NCBI GenBank assembly: GCA_963745075.1
Contig: CAVUWV010000004.1
Location: 1-58,167 of the forward strand
Direction of reading: 5' to 3'
Length of the DNA stretch: 58,167 nt
DNA from: Candidatus Hydrogenedentota bacterium
GTDB lineage: Bacteria > Hydrogenedentota > Hydrogenedentia > Hydrogenedentales > SLHB01
In this document: in pieces, positions 9,272 through 18,992 of the stretch
How positions within the stretch are numbered: the first letter of the stretch is position 1
Layout of the letters: every line of letters starts with the position of its first letter
Translations under genes and position numbers: made by a program
The notes under the pieces: model-generated
Told to the model about the DNA's origin: nothing
The model's database searches: none
What the model saw: the letters and a program-made list of their open reading frames with translations, nothing else

Positions 9272-10473
9272 ATGGCTGTTCGTCTTACACCGGGAAGCAC
9301 CATAGGCTCTACACAATTCACAGACACGTCAGCAAGGGCGGCGAGGGGGATGTGTACAGAGGCCGTTCGCGTCGACGGCAGACCCGTGGCGCTGAAGCAA
9401 TTGAACTTCAGCGCCTCGGACCCGCGCAACAAAGAATCTGCTCGAACGTGCATTGCGGCTCAAACGGCTCATTGGCATACGTTCTCCCTTCGTGTGCGAA
9501 GTATATGACGTCTTCATTCACGATGACCTCGTATACATCGTGATGGAATGGGTGACAGGCCTGTCCCTTGAGACAGGTGCTGGCGGAAAGTAGGCCTCTC
9601 TCCTATGGACTGGCTCGTACCCATTATGCGTGACGTGCTCGTGGGACTCGGTTGGCTGCACGATTTGGACATCGTTCACCGGGATGTGAAGCCAGCCAAC
9701 ATCATTGTGGTCGGAGGCAAATCGGAGATCCGGGCAAAACTCGTGGACCATGGGATTATGCTGGATCGGGGACCCCCGCCTCACATGCAAGGGCGGCATT
9801 ATTGGAACCCCCGAATACATTGCGCCGGAGATGGTAAGATGATCTGGGCGTGGAAGACGAGGTGGACGGCCGGGCCGACCTCTATTGTGTCGGGACGACG
9901 CTCTTCGAATTGCTCACAGGAACGTTACCGTTTCCGGAACCGGGATGCCCCATCCGCCGCACATTCGTGGAACGCCTTTTTGCGCCGGAGCGACCCTCGG
10001 TACGCGACTACGTCGAAAAGATTCCGGAGCCATGGACCGGTATATCCAGCGTCTGATGAGCCTGAGTCCCGATGACCGGCCTTCGACCGCTGCGGAAGCG
10101 TGGGAGGAACTGCAGTGGGCGGTAGACGAATCCGGAGAGACCGTGCCACCACCGGATAGCCCCGTCCGTCGGCCCGTTCACGAAGTCCGATGCTGCCGTA
10201 CCATGCCTCACCGTCCAATCCGGCCCGCTGGCGGGAACGGCCATTTCCGTTCCCATAAGCGGCCTTACCCTCGGCCGGGCGGCGTTGAACCCCGAGGACA
10301 CGCGTATTTCCCGCTTCCATATCCGGGTCCGGCCGACAAAACGTGGGCTTGTTGTGCGCGACCAGCGCTCCTTAAACGGTCTTATCTATCGGGGTAAGCG
10401 ATTGAGGCGTGCAGTGCTGCCACCAGGAGAATCCCTCTTGGTGGGGGAAACAACTGTTCGGTTCAGCGAATAA
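9272..10473 (+). CDS. Hanks-type Ser/Thr kinase with C-terminal FHA domain (many frameshifts)
   Basis: Pieces across frames: [31 protein letters not shown] (~9677), [37 protein letters not shown]. The FHA reads [18 protein letters not shown]. Confidence 0.85.
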
Positions 10474-10492
10474 CCAATAAGGGGTAACCATT

Positions 10493-11242
10493 ATGGCGAC
10501 TCAAAGACATTCCAACACGCGGCGCGAGACCGTAAGAGCCGCGTATCCCTCCATCTCAAAGTCCCAGGCGCCCCGTTCCCAAACCCCGGTCCGGATTGCA
10601 TTCGTCATCCTACTCGATGCCACCGGATCAATGGCGACTGCGATCGAGGCGGTGATAAGAGCCCTGCGTCGCATGGTCGATGTCTTCATGACGTCGCAGG
10701 TCATTCCCACGCTGGGGCTCGTCGTCTTCCGCGACGAGACATACGGTGAGCGTCCAATCGTGCTCCCGTTGGGAACCAGTGCAGAGGAGATATGCGAATT
10801 GCTGAAGACTACCGAAGCCTACGGCGGAGAGGACGCTCCCGAGTCATCCCTGCTCGCGGTGATGCGCGCCCTGGACCAGTTGCAACGCGCCGAGCCCGGA
10901 GCAAAGAAGATCATCCTGCTCATCACGGACGCACCGCCTCACGATCCGGAAAGAAGCGACATCGGAAATCTCGTAACGGCTGAGGTTGTCCGGGAGGCAC
11001 TGACCGACCAGCAGGTTCTATTCTTCGCCTGCACGCCCACAATCGAGCCATACAAGAGCTTTGCAAACCTGACCGGCGGTACGCTCTTCCCGCTACAGAA
11101 GGACATGGACGAGGATACGTTCAAAGACCTGCTGGTAGACGTGGCGCACCAGACGGTGAAAACGGTTCGGCATTCGGGACCGGTCATTACCGATGAAGCG
11201 CTCGCCTTGATGAAAAATCTGGACACAAGGGAACGACAATGA
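10493..11242 (+). CDS. von Willebrand factor A (vWA) domain protein
   Basis: MIDAS-like ILLDATGSM, GGEDAPES, IILLITDAPPHD. Confidence 0.9.
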   Translation: MATQRHSNTRRETVRAAYPSISKSQAPRSQTPVRIAFVILLDATGSMATAIEAVIRALRRMVDVFMTSQVIPTLGLVVFRDETYGERPIVLPLGTSAEEICELLKTTEAYGGEDAPESSLLAVMRALDQLQRAEPGAKKIILLITDAPPHDPERSDIGNLVTAEVVREALTDQQVLFFACTPTIEPYKSFANLTGGTLFPLQKDMDEDTFKDLLVDVAHQTVKTVRHSGPVITDEALALMKNLDTRERQ

Positions 11243-12694
11243 GGCAGCGGCGTCTATGCTTATGGTGTTTCACCCGCTTCAAACCGTCGAAGCAGTGCTG
11301 CCCAAAATGCGCAAAGGCGATCATTCGGCGCATTGGGGACCGCTTTGATGTCCTGTCTTGCATCGCGCTCCACGAAGACCAGGCTTCGCTTCGGTGCTGG
11401 GATCGAATAAACCACCGGGAGGTGTTCGTTCGTGTCGCGCGTTCGGACGCTTCCCCAAGTACTGTCGGCGCCATGACCACAGAGGCAATTGTTCTGCGGC
11501 AACTCGCGGGCGAGCCCGGAGTCCCGGCGTTTGTGCATGCGGGAAAACTGCGCGAGACAGACGCCGTGTATACGGTACAGGAGTTCGTGACTGGAGTACC
11601 CCTGGAAAAGGCGCTGAGGAAAGTTTGCCCAGCGACACGCGCGGAAATTCTTCTGGACGCGATTGCGCCAGTCGCGGCCCTGCATCGCCAGGGTTTTGTG
11701 CACTGCGCCATTTCGCTCCATCATTCTCTCCTGACACCCGACGGACAGGTGGTCTTGCTGGATTTCCGCCAGGCACGGCGCGAGGGCCAGCCATCCGCAG
11801 GAACAGGCGTTACCGGATATGCCGCCCCGGAGCAGTGGAATCCCATGCGGCTGGTCACGCCTGCCACGGACGTCTTCGCGTTGGGCGTGTGTCTGTACGT
11901 TGCGCTCGCGCATCACTGGCCCTATGGCAAACGAAAGACCAACAGCGCACGCGCCAGGACGGCGCCGCCCCGGAAACCGTCCGAGCTTTGCCCTAACATC
12001 ACTACCGACCTCGATGACGTCATCCTGCGCGCCCTCGCATTTGAACCGGAGAGGCGATACACCTCCTTGGATGAATTCCGCCGTGCACTCATGACTTCGT
12101 TTGGACCGGACACAGTCCCGGACGCTTTTGATTGCACCTTTCCGTCTCGCTGGCAGGGCGCCATGGCAGCCGTGGGACGGACAGCGTATCGCGCGGCGCG
12201 GGGTATGTTGATTGGTGCTTTGTGGACTGTGCGAACGGTAGGAGAGCCGCTCCCGCCGTGGCACGGTGGGCGTTGAGCCATCCCGGAATGGCACTTGTGG
12301 GCACCGTCGCTGCTGGAGTCGCGCTATTGCCGCTGGTACTGCGTCCTGAGGGCGATACATTGAGGCCGGAGTCCGCACGGAACTCGCACCGAGAGCGCGA
12401 TCGTGTCCGCCGCGTTTCGCGACGACGTCGCAGCGACTTCGACTCCGCCTTCCGCCAGCATCCTGCGAGTACTCACCTGGCCCCCGGCGAAAGTCTATTG
12501 CGACGGGGAGTTACTTACCGAGGCTCCCAGCCCCGAGACATTTGCAATGCCAACTGGAGAACAAAGGATTCTCTTGGTATCCACGCGCGGTGAGCAGCGG
12601 CAACTTACATTCACGACCCAACCGAGCCGTAAATATGTGACTCGAGTATAACTTCGACACCAACGAGCTGAACGTGGAGGAGCGAGCGCCATGA
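11239..12694 (+). CDS. Zn-ribbon + Ser/Thr pseudokinase + TM + PEGA-like domain (frameshifts near 12240, 12390 and 12645)
   Basis: CLWC..CPKC; kinase C-lobe GYAAPEQ, DVFALGV, AFEPERRY but degenerate catalytic motifs. Downstream frames give TM MALVGTVAAGVALLPLVL and PEGA-like LRVLTWPPAKVYCDGELL. A probable stop overlaps the next ATG (ATGA 12691-12694). Confidence 0.75.
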
Positions 12695-13644
12695 AACAGT
12701 CATCCAAACATGCAATCCTCCTGATTCTGATCGCGATTGGGGTGGGTTGCGCGACGTACGATATTCCATACGCGCATCTGCTCCCGGGGTGTGTAGCGAA
12801 GAATACGGCTGTGCAAGCAACTGCCAGTCCATCCCCGGCCGTCCGGGTAGCAGCACCGAGCGCAACGGTGACACAGCCACAAAAAGACCCTGGAAATCAT
12901 GTATCTCGTGGTAACGCGATACCACCCCATCCCGCAGTCGAGGTTAAACCCTTGGCGTCACCGCCGGTTCGGCGATCCTTCGAACGAGACCCCACAGATC
13001 TCGACAGAGAACGGCCCAAGACACCGAACGATCATGTTACTGATGCCCGGCGCATCTTCGAATCGGGAAATCGAGAAGACCCTCACGCGCAATCGGCGGA
13101 AGCGATTCCGATACGGCCTACTATCCAATCTCCCGCAAAGGACATTCCGTACTGGGCCGGCCACGAAGAAAAACCGGACGATGACTTGGCAAGTACCGGA
13201 TCAGGGGATGGGCCGCATCATGCGCGATTATCCGAAGGGCCTGCGTTGGTTACGTGGCCAAGCCCCGCTCTGCTGCCTCCCGTCGTGAACGAAATGTGGC
13301 GTTTGTATCGGGAGTTTGAGTTCGAGCCGGTGATCGAGTCGGCAATGGAATTCGCAGCTCGGGAGACATCGCACGGGTACTCGCTCGCCACGGCGTACAT
13401 GCTGGCAGCGGCATCGGCTCATCTCATAGGAGACTCGACTCGCGCGCGGCAATTCTTGGCTTTGTCGTGGGCCGTAGATCCCGGCGTGCTTCCGGACCCG
13501 AAAGTTTTTCCCGGCACGTTTTGCAGGCTGCACGGTTCAGTAAGTCGACAACATTCTTCTGAGGTGTCCACCTCGAGAGGATTCGAGCTATCGATGAATG
13601 TCCTTGACCGGTGCGGTGATCCAGGGCATCTTGCGGAACGCTGA
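12691..13644 (+). CDS. Lipoprotein with Pro-rich linker and C-terminal TPR-like helical domain
   Basis: Signal peptide with lipobox MKQSSKHAILLILIAIGVG-C; C-terminus AYMLAAASAHLIGDSTRARQFLALSWAVDPGVLPDPKVFP. Confidence 0.7.
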   Translation: MKQSSKHAILLILIAIGVGCATYDIPYAHLLPGCVAKNTAVQATASPSPAVRVAAPSATVTQPQKDPGNHVSRGNAIPPHPAVEVKPLASPPVRRSFERDPTDLDRERPKTPNDHVTDARRIFESGNREDPHAQSAEAIPIRPTIQSPAKDIPYWAGHEEKPDDDLASTGSGDGPHHARLSEGPALVTWPSPALLPPVVNEMWRLYREFEFEPVIESAMEFAARETSHGYSLATAYMLAAASAHLIGDSTRARQFLALSWAVDPGVLPDPKVFPGTFCRLHGSVSRQHSSEVSTSRGFELSMNVLDRCGDPGHLAER

Positions 13645-13663
13645 CAAACTGGAGATGGAAGAA

Positions 13664-13864
13664 ATGGAATTGATGACGCGCAAGGAAGCGGCCGAGAAGC
13701 TGAGGATCGGCGTGCGCACCCTGGACCGGCGGCTCGCAAGCGGTGAATTGAAGTGCTATCGCTTGGGGGATGGGTCGCGCGCCCCCGTCCGGATTTCCGA
13801 GGAACAACTGCGCGCATATCTGGACGATGGTGCCTGCACAATCCGGGGAAAAGCTGGTCCTTAG
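13664..13864 (+). CDS. Excisionase-like HTH_17 DNA-binding protein
   Basis: LMTRKEAAEKLRIGVRTLDRRLASGELKCYRLG..VRISEEQLRAYL; SD GGAG at 13651. Confidence 0.85.
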   Translation: MELMTRKEAAEKLRIGVRTLDRRLASGELKCYRLGDGSRAPVRISEEQLRAYLDDGACTIRGKAGP

Positions 13865-13919
13865 TATTGCAGTGCGATGTCAAGGCCAACGCGCCCCACG
13901 CATGAAAGGCTTTCCAACA

Positions 13920-14168
13920 ATGCATACCGTCAGGAACGAGAACTCGGAGGACCACGGCGACGCCTTGGCCCAGTACCTGTCGCCCCGGGATCTGGCGATG
14001 CGCTGGAGCTGTTCACGGACCTCCGCGCAACGCATCGCCGAGCGGGCGGGCTTCGCCCGGTATCTCCTCGGGCGGGGACGCAACGGCATGGTGCGCTACG
14101 CCCTGGCGGAGATCGAAGCCTACGAACGCGAGAATCGTTTCGGCGCACCTGGAACGGCCCGTCGTTGA
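13920..14168 (+). CDS. Second excisionase/AlpA-like HTH protein
   Basis: YLSPRDLAMRWSCSRTSAQRIA..GMVRYALAEIEAYE; convergent with the integrase. Confidence 0.7.
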   Translation: MHTVRNENSEDHGDALAQYLSPRDLAMRWSCSRTSAQRIAERAGFARYLLGRGRNGMVRYALAEIEAYERENRFGAPGTARR

Positions 14169-14241
14169 GTCGTTCCAGAACGAGCACCCCGGCCGGATTG
14201 TGGACGCGGCAAGTCCCCGGCCGGGGCGCTCCTTTTCCATG

Positions 14242-15480
14242 CTACTCCGCGATGCGCTCACCGTCGCTCGCAATGAGACGCAAACGCGGCCGGTCCGCGG
14301 CGGGGGCTGTGGCCGGGGGCGGTGTGTTCGTTTCCTCCGCGTCGAATTCCACGCTCTGCAGCAGCGACTCTGGCAAGAGCGTCGCATAGTGACGACGGCA
14401 TATCTCCGGGGAGTTGCCCATGAGCGCGGAAATCTTGTAGAGGCTTTCGCCCTTCATGGCGAGATGGCTCCCGAACGAGTGGCGGTAGTCGAGGCAGGTC
14501 CACACCAGGTCCTTGGACTGGTTGAAGTCCCGCAACCACGCGGAGAGATTGTCCGGATCCCAACGGCAGCCCTTCAGACTGGGAAAGTACCAGGGCGACG
14601 CTGAGTCGGGCCGCCGGTACCGGTCTAGGTAGCCGCGCAGGACCTTGCTGATCGGCACGATGCGGTTGACCTTGGTCTTGGGTTCCCAGGCCTCGCCGTT
14701 GACCTCCTTGGCCCGGATCCGGAGAACGCCGTGAATCCCGGCGGTGAGGTCCACGTCCTCCAGCGTGAGCCAGAGGGCCTCTTCACGCCGCAAACCCGCG
14801 TAGATGTAGACCGCGACCATCGCTTGCAGAAGCGGGCGTTCTTCCAGCGCCGCCAGTTGCCGTTCGATCTGCTCCCGGGTCAAGAAGCGGATGCGGGGCG
14901 CCCGCTCGCGGTACCGCTGCACCAGGGCGGCGGGGTTGCGGCCGCCGGGCATGCGCACGCCGTACTCCTGCATGGCCCAGTTAAAGAGCCGCTGGAGCAC
15001 TTCGCGATGCCGGTTGGCGGTCTTCGGCGCCAGGCGGTACCGGGCGACCCGTTCCGTGATGAAGGCGGAAATGTGGGCCGGCGTGATCTGCTCGAGGTGA
15101 TCGGCGCGCAGGAAGGGTTCCCGCTTCCGGGCGTCCACGTCGATCCGGAGACGCTTCGTGCAGCGGCGCCCGTTCTCTAGGGCGGGGCAGATGGGCCCGA
15201 AGATGCGGCGCAGATACGACAGGTCCGCATCGACGCCGTGCTTGGTTTTGCGCGCGCGCATGTAATAGATGTAGGTGGCGACGGCCTTGGGCAGCGGCGT
15301 CTGGGTGGGCAGCGGATTGTCCTCGCCCCGGACCCGGGCCGAGTCGAAGACGCGCTGCTTCTCCTTGGCGACCTGTACGTCCTCGGTGCCGAGACTGAGG
15401 CGCTGGCGCACGCCGTTCTCGAAATAGTGGAGGTAGTACGTGCGTCCGCGTTTCTTCAGATACGAATTGAGGCTGGCCAT
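14242..15480 (-). CDS. Tyrosine recombinase / phage-type integrase
   Basis: Arm-binding N-terminus (KRGRTYYLHYFENGVRQRLSLGT); catalytic YAGLRREE, PKT, DYRHSFGSHL, LMGNS, RHYA; SD AAGGAG; adjacent to the tRNA. Confidence 0.95.
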   Translation of the reverse strand: MASLNSYLKKRGRTYYLHYFENGVRQRLSLGTEDVQVAKEKQRVFDSARVRGEDNPLPTQTPLPKAVATYIYYMRARKTKHGVDADLSYLRRIFGPICPALENGRRCTKRLRIDVDARKREPFLRADHLEQITPAHISAFITERVARYRLAPKTANRHREVLQRLFNWAMQEYGVRMPGGRNPAALVQRYRERAPRIRFLTREQIERQLAALEERPLLQAMVAVYIYAGLRREEALWLTLEDVDLTAGIHGVLRIRAKEVNGEAWEPKTKVNRIVPISKVLRGYLDRYRRPDSASPWYFPSLKGCRWDPDNLSAWLRDFNQSKDLVWTCLDYRHSFGSHLAMKGESLYKISALMGNSPEICRRHYATLLPESLLQSVEFDAEETNTPPPATAPAADRPRLRLIASDGERIAE

Positions 15481-15638
15481 ACCCATGCTCCTTTTCGGTG
15501 GCGTGGTTGGCGGCAAGTCCCAATCGGATAGACCGGCGCGGACGCGGCGATGCGCACGGGCACGACCGCGGGGGAGCGCTCTTTTTGCGATCCGGGAGGC
15601 GTTACAAGTCCACATGGGGAACATGTTTACCGAAAAAA

Positions 15639-15657
15639 GTGGCACACAAAGTGCCAC
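15639..15657. promoter_or_regulatory. Palindrome GTGGCAC-N5-GTGCCAC, possible integrase/excisionase binding site
   Basis: Perfect 7-bp inverted repeat between the tRNA 3' end and the integrase start. Confidence 0.4.
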
Positions 15658-15676
15658 ATCTCGGGGGTCCGGACAC

Positions 15677-15708
15677 AAAAAGAGGACTCACGCTGCTGCG
15701 TAAGTCCT
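15677..15708 (-). terminator. Intrinsic terminator downstream of tRNA-fMet
   Basis: Minus strand AGGACTTACGC-AGCA-GCGTGAGTCCT followed by CTTTTT. Confidence 0.65.
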
Positions 15709-15718
15709 TGGAATTTAA

Positions 15719-15795
<77 letters not shown>

Positions 15796-15812
15796 TCAAC
15801 TATCGAATAGGT

Positions 15813-15841
15813 ATCTTACGCTTTGAATAGGACGAAGTCAA
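15813..15841 (-). promoter_or_regulatory. Sigma70 promoter of the tRNA
   Basis: Minus strand TTGACT-N17-TAAGAT just upstream of the tRNA 5' end. Confidence 0.65.
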
Positions 15842-15902
15842 ATTGACTTCGACGTTTACGAGCCATCAACGTACCGCGACGGGTATCGGGCAGTTGCAAG
15901 TC

Positions 15903-17198
15903 TCACGTATACGGCAGTTTCCACGGACGTCGATATTCGGCCTTGATGAGGTCATCAGCGGCGCGATTGCCTTTTGCGCGCTCTTTTTCCGGGTCCCAGT
16001 TGATCTGGTTTCCGGTTCGGAGCGCGAAATTCCCGAGATGCGCCACACTGGAAACGAAATGGCCGAGTTCAACGTGCTCGACGGGTTGTTCGCGGGTCTT
16101 CACGCAGTCCAGGAAATTGCGGACGTGCGCCGGCCGCGCGTCAGGCCCGGCCTTCGCCTTGAACGCTTCGAGGCTTTTGCGTTTGGGCTCGGGGATGACC
16201 TCCCAGCCGCCCTCGTCGATGATCAGCGTGCCCTCGACGCCGCTGAACAGAATGCCGTGGGGCCGTCCACCGATACCAACCCCGCCGACCATCTGATGTT
16301 CGAAGATCATGGTGTAGCTCGGAAAATCATAAACTGTGATCTGCGTATCCGGCGTCTCGGCGTTGTCGTCGATGACGCGCTTGCCGCCGGATGAGTAGAC
16401 CGACCGCGGCGGTTCGGTGCCCATGCCCCAGAGGGCGATGTTGATGAGGTGCACCCCCCAATCCGTCATGAGGCCGCCCGCGTAGTCCCAGAACCAGCGG
16501 AAGTTGAAGTGGAACCGGTTGGGATTGAACGGCCGCTCCGGCGCGGGGCCGAGCCACATGTCGTAGTCCACGCCAGGCGGCGGATCGCAATCGGGCGGGT
16601 TGCCAATGCCGCCTACCCAGTCCAAGTACGCCCAGACGCGTACCATGCGGATCTTGCCCAACTTTCCGGACTGCACGAACTCGATGGCGTCGCGGTAATG
16701 TTCGCCGCTGCGCCAATGGGTGCCCATCTGGAGCACCCGGTTGTTCTGCTGGACCGCTTCCACCATCGCGCGGCCTTCCTCAATCGTCTTGGCGAGGGGC
16801 TTTTCACAGTACACGTCTTTGCCCGCCTGACATGCGTAGATGGTCGGCAACGCGTGCCAATGGTCGGGCGTCACGACGAGGACAACGTCTATGTCGTCGC
16901 GATCGATCACCCGGCGAAAATCTTTCACCGTGTCGGGCTTGTGCTTGCGCTGGCCTTCGACCACCTCGACGGCCTTGGCGATCTGCGCATCGTCGATGTC
17001 GCATACGATGGGACAATCCACCTCGGGATTTCCCAAGAAGGTGGCCAGATCCCCCTTGCCCATTCCGCCGCATCCGATCAGACCGACGCGGACGCGCTCG
17101 TTCGCTCCAAAGGCCCGCGCCGAACCCGCCGCCATGCCAAATGCCACCGATGCTGCCCCCGCGCGCGCGGAGTGTTGCAGAAACTGTCGTCGATTCAT
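15903..17198 (-). CDS. Tat-exported Gfo/Idh/MocA-family oxidoreductase
   Basis: MNRRQFL Tat motif, VGLIGCGGMG, TPDHWH, YCEKP, DWGVH. Confidence 0.93.
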   Translation of the reverse strand: MNRRQFLQHSARAGAASVAFGMAAGSARAFGANERVRVGLIGCGGMGKGDLATFLGNPEVDCPIVCDIDDAQIAKAVEVVEGQRKHKPDTVKDFRRVIDRDDIDVVLVVTPDHWHALPTIYACQAGKDVYCEKPLAKTIEEGRAMVEAVQQNNRVLQMGTHWRSGEHYRDAIEFVQSGKLGKIRMVRVWAYLDWVGGIGNPPDCDPPPGVDYDMWLGPAPERPFNPNRFHFNFRWFWDYAGGLMTDWGVHLINIALWGMGTEPPRSVYSSGGKRVIDDNAETPDTQITVYDFPSYTMIFEHQMVGGVGIGGRPHGILFSGVEGTLIIDEGGWEVIPEPKRKSLEAFKAKAGPDARPAHVRNFLDCVKTREQPVEHVELGHFVSSVAHLGNFALRTGNQINWDPEKERAKGNRAADDLIKAEYRRPWKLPYT

Positions 17199-17390
17199 GG
17201 CACCCCCTTGGTAACCCGTTTTGTGTACGTTGACGGATTTCATGCTACCCCTTCGTTTCGCCCGACACAAGACGGATCTTTACAACCCTACCGTTTCGCC
17301 GTATGCTGATGGTTGGGGGCACGTACTCGTAGCGGCGCGGTGGAAGACACCTCGTTCGAGGGGGGAGTTGCCGCGTCATGGGGGTGGATC

Positions 17391-18851
17391 ATGGGGCGTG
17401 CCATTCAGCGCAGACAATTCCTTCAACTTGCCGGGGTGGGGGCCGTGTTGTATTTGGCGCCGACGATGCCGTCGTGGGGGCAGGATTCCGGTTTGTACCC
17501 GGGTTTGGTGAGTCCGGGGTGCCGGGGGTCGAAGGTCAAGGTGGCCCGGTTGTATCTGGGCGTACCGCACGCCCATTGGCCGACCCCATCCATGGATCTC
17601 GATGCGGAGGTGCTGCGATACCAGGCCGAGTTCGACATGCGGGCGGACGCATTCGCCGATATTGAGTTTACGCCGGATACCGTCATCACCTCGCGCGAGC
17701 AGGCCCAGGCGGTAGTGCCGCAGCTTGCGGATGTCGACGGGGTATTGTGCATCCACTTGTCCATGGGCGTGCGCGGGATGGTGGACGACCTGCTCGCGGC
17801 AAATAAACCGACCTTTCTCTTTGCCGCGCCGTATTCGGGTCATGAGTGGACAAGCTACGGCGGTCTCCGGGAACAACCGGCGGGCGCGAAGTTTGAGTGC
17901 GTGCTCACGAGTGACTTCGATGAACTGGCGGCGGCGGTGCGTCCGTTCCGCGCGATTCACCATATGCGCGAAGCGAAAATCTTGAACGTAACGAGCCGCG
18001 ACCTGAAGGCCGACTACCTCGACGCCATCGGCGACCGCTTCGGGACTTCGATTCAGGTCATGGACCGCGATCGCGTCATCGCCGCGTACGAGGCCGTTCC
18101 CGAATCCGACGCTGCCGACGAAGCGAAGCGCTGGATTCGGCGCGCCACGGAGGTCGTCGAACCGCCGCAAGATGAGATCGTGCGTTCCTGCCGGCTAGCC
18201 CTGGCATTCGAGAACTTGTTGAATGAAGAGAACGCCACGGTGATGACTGTCGACTGTTACGGTTCCATGTATCGCCAATTGCCCGCGTTTCCGTGTATCG
18301 GCTTCACCCGGCTCAACGACATGGGTCTCGCCGGAATTTGCGAATCGGATCTCCAGAGCGCCATGACATTTATCGCGCTTCAGGGACTCACCGGCAGGCC
18401 CGGATTCATCAGCGACCCGACCGTGGACGAATCGCGGGGAAGTATTATCTTGGCCCATTGTCTCGGTTCGACCAAAATGAACGGACCCGAAGGCACGGCG
18501 TGCCCGTACAAGATTCGGACCATCATGGAGCGCCAGGAAGGCGCCGTGACGCAGGTGCAGATGGACAAGAACCAACCTGTCACCCAGGCGATTCTCATCG
18601 GCGCCGACCGTATGCAGTACTTCACGGGCACCATAATCGACGCGCCGGAAACCGAACGCGGTTGCCGCACCAAGATCGAGGTGGCCGTCGATGGCGATAT
18701 CGAAACGCTCTGGCACAATTGGTCGCATGGGCTGCACCGGGTCACGTGCTACGGGAATATCAAGAAGGATTTGGAGCGCTTCTGCCGCTATACGACGGTT
18801 GCCGCCGTGGACGAAGCTTTTCCGGATAAGACGGCGACTTCAAACGCCTGA
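17391..18851 (+). CDS. Tat-exported L-fucose/L-arabinose isomerase-like protein
   Basis: QRRQFL Tat motif; CESD, ISDP, LAHC and GCRTK motifs of the FucI-like fold; C-terminal HRVTCYG. Confidence 0.7.
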   Translation: MGRAIQRRQFLQLAGVGAVLYLAPTMPSWGQDSGLYPGLVSPGCRGSKVKVARLYLGVPHAHWPTPSMDLDAEVLRYQAEFDMRADAFADIEFTPDTVITSREQAQAVVPQLADVDGVLCIHLSMGVRGMVDDLLAANKPTFLFAAPYSGHEWTSYGGLREQPAGAKFECVLTSDFDELAAAVRPFRAIHHMREAKILNVTSRDLKADYLDAIGDRFGTSIQVMDRDRVIAAYEAVPESDAADEAKRWIRRATEVVEPPQDEIVRSCRLALAFENLLNEENATVMTVDCYGSMYRQLPAFPCIGFTRLNDMGLAGICESDLQSAMTFIALQGLTGRPGFISDPTVDESRGSIILAHCLGSTKMNGPEGTACPYKIRTIMERQEGAVTQVQMDKNQPVTQAILIGADRMQYFTGTIIDAPETERGCRTKIEVAVDGDIETLWHNWSHGLHRVTCYGNIKKDLERFCRYTTVAAVDEAFPDKTATSNA

Positions 18852-18992
18852 TGCGGCGAATTAATGCGGGACGTCACGGTTAAGTTGTCGAATCAAACCG
18901 CTGTGTAAATTGTTAGCACTGCTATAGCCTGGCGCGAGCCGGCATTGCGCGTGCTGCGGTTGCCAGTGCATCAAAGCGGAGAAACGAACGAA

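Larger units (their letters stand above)
1..15718. mobile_element. Genomic island / integrative element at tRNA-fMet (right part; left boundary outside the window)
   Basis: Tyrosine integrase lies directly downstream of the tRNA 3' end with two excisionase-like HTH genes next to it. Accessory cargo and an IS630 are inside. No second copy of the tRNA 3' end was seen in the window. Confidence 0.85.

Noticed and set aside
1..15718. Prophage or complete conjugative element
   Set aside because: No structural, terminase, lysis or T4SS mating-pair genes in the visible part; the unseen left part could change this.
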